A program made the position numbers and the translations under genes. Under the pieces are notes generated by a model that was not told the DNA's origin, did no database searches, and was given only the letters and a program-made list of their open reading frames with translations. Shown here piece by piece: positions 15,526-17,730 of a stretch of DNA of 17,730 nt (its first letter is position 1; each line of letters begins with the position of its first letter). Location of the stretch: positions 1 through 17,730 of the forward strand of contig JBHLRQ010000068.1 in the NCBI GenBank assembly GCA_048882385.1. Direction: 5' to 3'. Source of the DNA: Candidatus Thorarchaeota archaeon (GTDB lineage: Archaea > Asgardarchaeota > Thorarchaeia > Thorarchaeales > Thorarchaeaceae).

Positions 15526-16356
15526 TTGAAATTCCTTGTCCTTACAGATATCCACGACACCTGGGTTTTTTTGCATAAAATGCTACTACTTGCCGGAGAA
15601 ATGGATGGTGTCATCTTTTTGGGTGACCTGATGACTTTCAGAAAGGTGAATCTAGACTCGTTCACCAACTTTGCCAAGATCAAGGATGCAAGTAATTGGC
15701 TGGTCGGAGTACCTGGAAATGGACCTCTCCCAAAGGTCAGAGAATACTTTGATGAGTTGGGCATTAATCTTCATTGTAAAGGACGAACAATTGATGACAT
15801 TGGCTTCTTCGGAGTTGGCGGAGTTCAAGAAACTTTAGGGACAATATCTGAGCTTCGAGAGTTCTTCAAGAATGAGGACACATCATCAATTACTCCCAAT
15901 GATCGGGAATTGGAAACACTGAACACATTTGGTATATTTTTTGAAAATAATCGGTTTGCCGTCGAAGATTGGACTGAAGCAAGGATGAATGACATGGAAA
16001 TGTATACAAGTCCTTTTGAACACACTGAGGAACGCATCTACGAGATACTCTCTAATGCTTTCAAAGAGATTGAACAAACAACAACCCAGATTTTAGTATC
16101 GCATGTTCCTCCTTTTGAATCAGGAATTGCAAGTTCATCTCCGATTGGTGTTTCAACGGGTAGTAAGGGGATCTCGAAGTTCATTTTAGAAAAGAATCCA
16201 ACATTATCAATATCCGGACACTCTCACAGGCATCATGAATTCGTAATCGGGAAAACAAGATGCATCACCTTTCCTGCAGCAATGAATGGATTCTATGGTA
16301 TCCTATCAATCGAACAACAAAGAAATGAAATTGAAACCTCAATCCATACATTCTGA
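15526..16356 (+). CDS. Calcineurin-like metallophosphoesterase (Icc-related)
   Basis: TDIHD, LGDL, PGN, SHVPP, TGS, SGHSH. ORF track start is 15487; TTG 15526 after GGAG gives MKFLVLTDIH and removes the overlap with birA. Confidence 0.88.
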   Translation: MKFLVLTDIHDTWVFLHKMLLLAGEMDGVIFLGDLMTFRKVNLDSFTNFAKIKDASNWLVGVPGNGPLPKVREYFDELGINLHCKGRTIDDIGFFGVGGVQETLGTISELREFFKNEDTSSITPNDRELETLNTFGIFFENNRFAVEDWTEARMNDMEMYTSPFEHTEERIYEILSNAFKEIEQTTTQILVSHVPPFESGIASSSPIGVSTGSKGISKFILEKNPTLSISGHSHRHHEFVIGKTRCITFPAAMNGFYGILSIEQQRNEIETSIHTF

Positions 16357-16385
16357 TGCACCTTAAGACATAATACGAATACAAC

Positions 16386-17270
16386 ATGTTGATGAGTGGC
16401 GACGTATCTTTGAAACCAACTGTTGTCAAAATTAAACCAGAACAACTGGAAGAACTCCGCAAGATTCTACTAGATTCTAATGAATCTTCCAATCTAGCCA
16501 CTACTAGCAAGTATGAATTCTTCCGAATCCTGTTTGCAGGGGAGGCAATAGTAGGCTATACGAGCGGAAAGATTGTCAGCAATGGACCTTACTCATCTGC
16601 TGCAGTCCAAAATGCGATACTGAATTTACAGGCTAGGGATATTTCACAAATTACTATCGGATCGGACGAGGCAGGAAAGGGCGAATGGTTAGGTCCTATG
16701 ACCGTTGCAGCTGTTGCTCTAATACCTGGACAAACAGCAATACTACAGTCACGTGGTGTGATGGATAGTAAGAGTCTGTCTGTTGTTCGAATCTCAGAAC
16801 TCGCAAAGACGGTGCGTGAAATTGCTCTATCAGTAGATTCACTTGTTATCTCTCCTGAGAAATTCAATTCACAGATAGAAGAGTTTCGAAATGAGGGTAA
16901 GAATCTCAATGACCTACTTGCGTGGGCTCATGCAAGGGTAATATTTGGAGTGTATGAAATTGTGAAAAAACGGAAAGAAAACATCAAGGTTGTTGTTGAC
17001 CAGTTTGCAAGAACAAAGACCGAACAGCGCCTCAGTAGGAAGATAGATCTGAAACATATTGAGCTCATTCAACGACCAAAAGCTGAAGATGAGATTGCAG
17101 TTGCTGCAGCAAGTATCATAGCACGTGAGGCTCGAGAGAATTGGTTGGATCTAGCATCTGAAAGGTTGCATGTAGATCTTCGTGAATTAAGCATCCAAGA
17201 AGCGAATGATCATGCGAATAAGTACCTTTTCGCAAAGACCTCGTATATTGACTCAGAGATAAGGACTTGA
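16386..17270 (+). CDS. rnhC: Ribonuclease HIII
   Basis: N-terminal TBP-like domain with YTSGKIVSNG, then catalytic domain IGSDEAGKGE..GP, GVMDSK, NLNDLLAWAH, VVDQF, KAE..IAVAAASIIAR. The GSDE.GKG, DQF and YxSGK signatures are HIII rather than HII. Confidence 0.88.
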   Translation: MLMSGDVSLKPTVVKIKPEQLEELRKILLDSNESSNLATTSKYEFFRILFAGEAIVGYTSGKIVSNGPYSSAAVQNAILNLQARDISQITIGSDEAGKGEWLGPMTVAAVALIPGQTAILQSRGVMDSKSLSVVRISELAKTVREIALSVDSLVISPEKFNSQIEEFRNEGKNLNDLLAWAHARVIFGVYEIVKKRKENIKVVVDQFARTKTEQRLSRKIDLKHIELIQRPKAEDEIAVAAASIIAREARENWLDLASERLHVDLRELSIQEANDHANKYLFAKTSYIDSEIRT

Positions 17271-17278
17271 TGATTCAA

Positions 17279-17572
17279 TTATGGGTTCTGTTCTTCCGCA
17301 ATAGTACGTATCTTATGAACTATTTTCTTGATATCTGGATTTGCTATACTGTACATCTTTCGAGTCCCATCTTTTCTGAAATTTAGAATCCCTGCTTTAA
17401 CCATCTTGGAAAGATAGGCTGAAACAGTCGACTGAGCAAGACCAAATCTTGGGAAAATCTCACACTGGCATTGCTCGCCGTCCATCAGAAAATCCACAAT
17501 TTGTAAGCGAACTTGGTTTCCTAGAGCCTTGTGAAATTCTACTCTCCATGTATCTTTCCTACTAAACTCCAT
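17279..17572 (-). CDS. arsR: ArsR/SmtB-family metalloregulator
   Basis: KALGNQVRLQIV, EQCQCEI (ELCVCD-like alpha3 site), AQSTVS..L..M..AGIL, RKDG...YSI. Lies 14 nt downstream of acr3. Confidence 0.9.
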   Translation of the reverse strand: MEFSRKDTWRVEFHKALGNQVRLQIVDFLMDGEQCQCEIFPRFGLAQSTVSAYLSKMVKAGILNFRKDGTRKMYSIANPDIKKIVHKIRTIAEEQNP

Positions 17573-17586
17573 TGACTGACACCATA

Positions 17587-17730
17587 CTACATAGGTTCGC
17601 CTTTCCAGAAATCTCTTTTTCGCAAATATCTAGCAAGATAAACGAGTCCTAACATAATTGGGACTTCCCAGAAAAGACCCATTGTTGTACCCAGAGCTGC
17701 AATCGACCCTACACCATACATAGACACTGC
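17587..17730 (-). CDS. acr3: C-terminal fragment of Acr3-family arsenite efflux permease (5' part outside window; not in ORF track)
   Basis: Manual translation of the minus strand from 17730: AVSMYGVGSIAALGTTMGLFWEVPIMLGLVYLARYLRKRDFWKGEPM*. This matches the Acr3 C-terminal A..FG..S.AAL....G...EVP.ML.LV pattern, and the gene is adjacent to arsR. Confidence 0.82.
   Translation of the reverse strand, partial: AVSMYGVGSIAALGTTMGLFWEVPIMLGLVYLARYLRKRDFWKGEPM

Noticed and set aside
307-16909. Numerous short overlapping antisense/alternate-frame ORFs (e.g. 307..618, 1332..1736, 5586..6005, 6456..6878, 10246..10743, 15056..15430, 16589..16909)
   Set aside because: They lie within or across well-supported genes and have no recognisable motifs.

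Overview
Gene-dense archaeal window with about 23 CDS and no RNA genes, CRISPR array or mobile element visible. It is most likely from an Asgard archaeon (Thorarchaeia-like); this is inferred from BRE-TATA promoters, GAGGTG-type RBSs, many TTG/GTG starts and a longin/roadblock-type protein. Recognisable housekeeping genes: family I CoA-transferase beta subunit (5'-truncated), HAD hydrolase, a methylmalonyl-CoA mutase operon (B12-binding subunit, meaB, large subunit, epimerase), threonine aldolase, MFS transporter, biotin protein ligase, metallophosphoesterase, a bacterial-type RNase HIII, and arsR with the 3' end of an acr3 gene that is missing from the ORF track. The most interesting uncharacterised parts are: (1) a three-gene unit at 12.4-14.7 kb encoding a longin+roadblock(+third profilin-like) multidomain protein, a V4R/Bet3-like protein with an internal duplication and a His-bearing 4-TM protein; (2) a tandem pair of secreted, membrane-anchored superoxide-reductase-like proteins whose first mature residue is His and which lack the fourth His ligand, duplicated together with their promoter; (3) a surface protein paired with a transmembrane wHTH one-component regulator, separated by a perfect inverted repeat. 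All family assignments come from motif recognition by eye, not from database searches.
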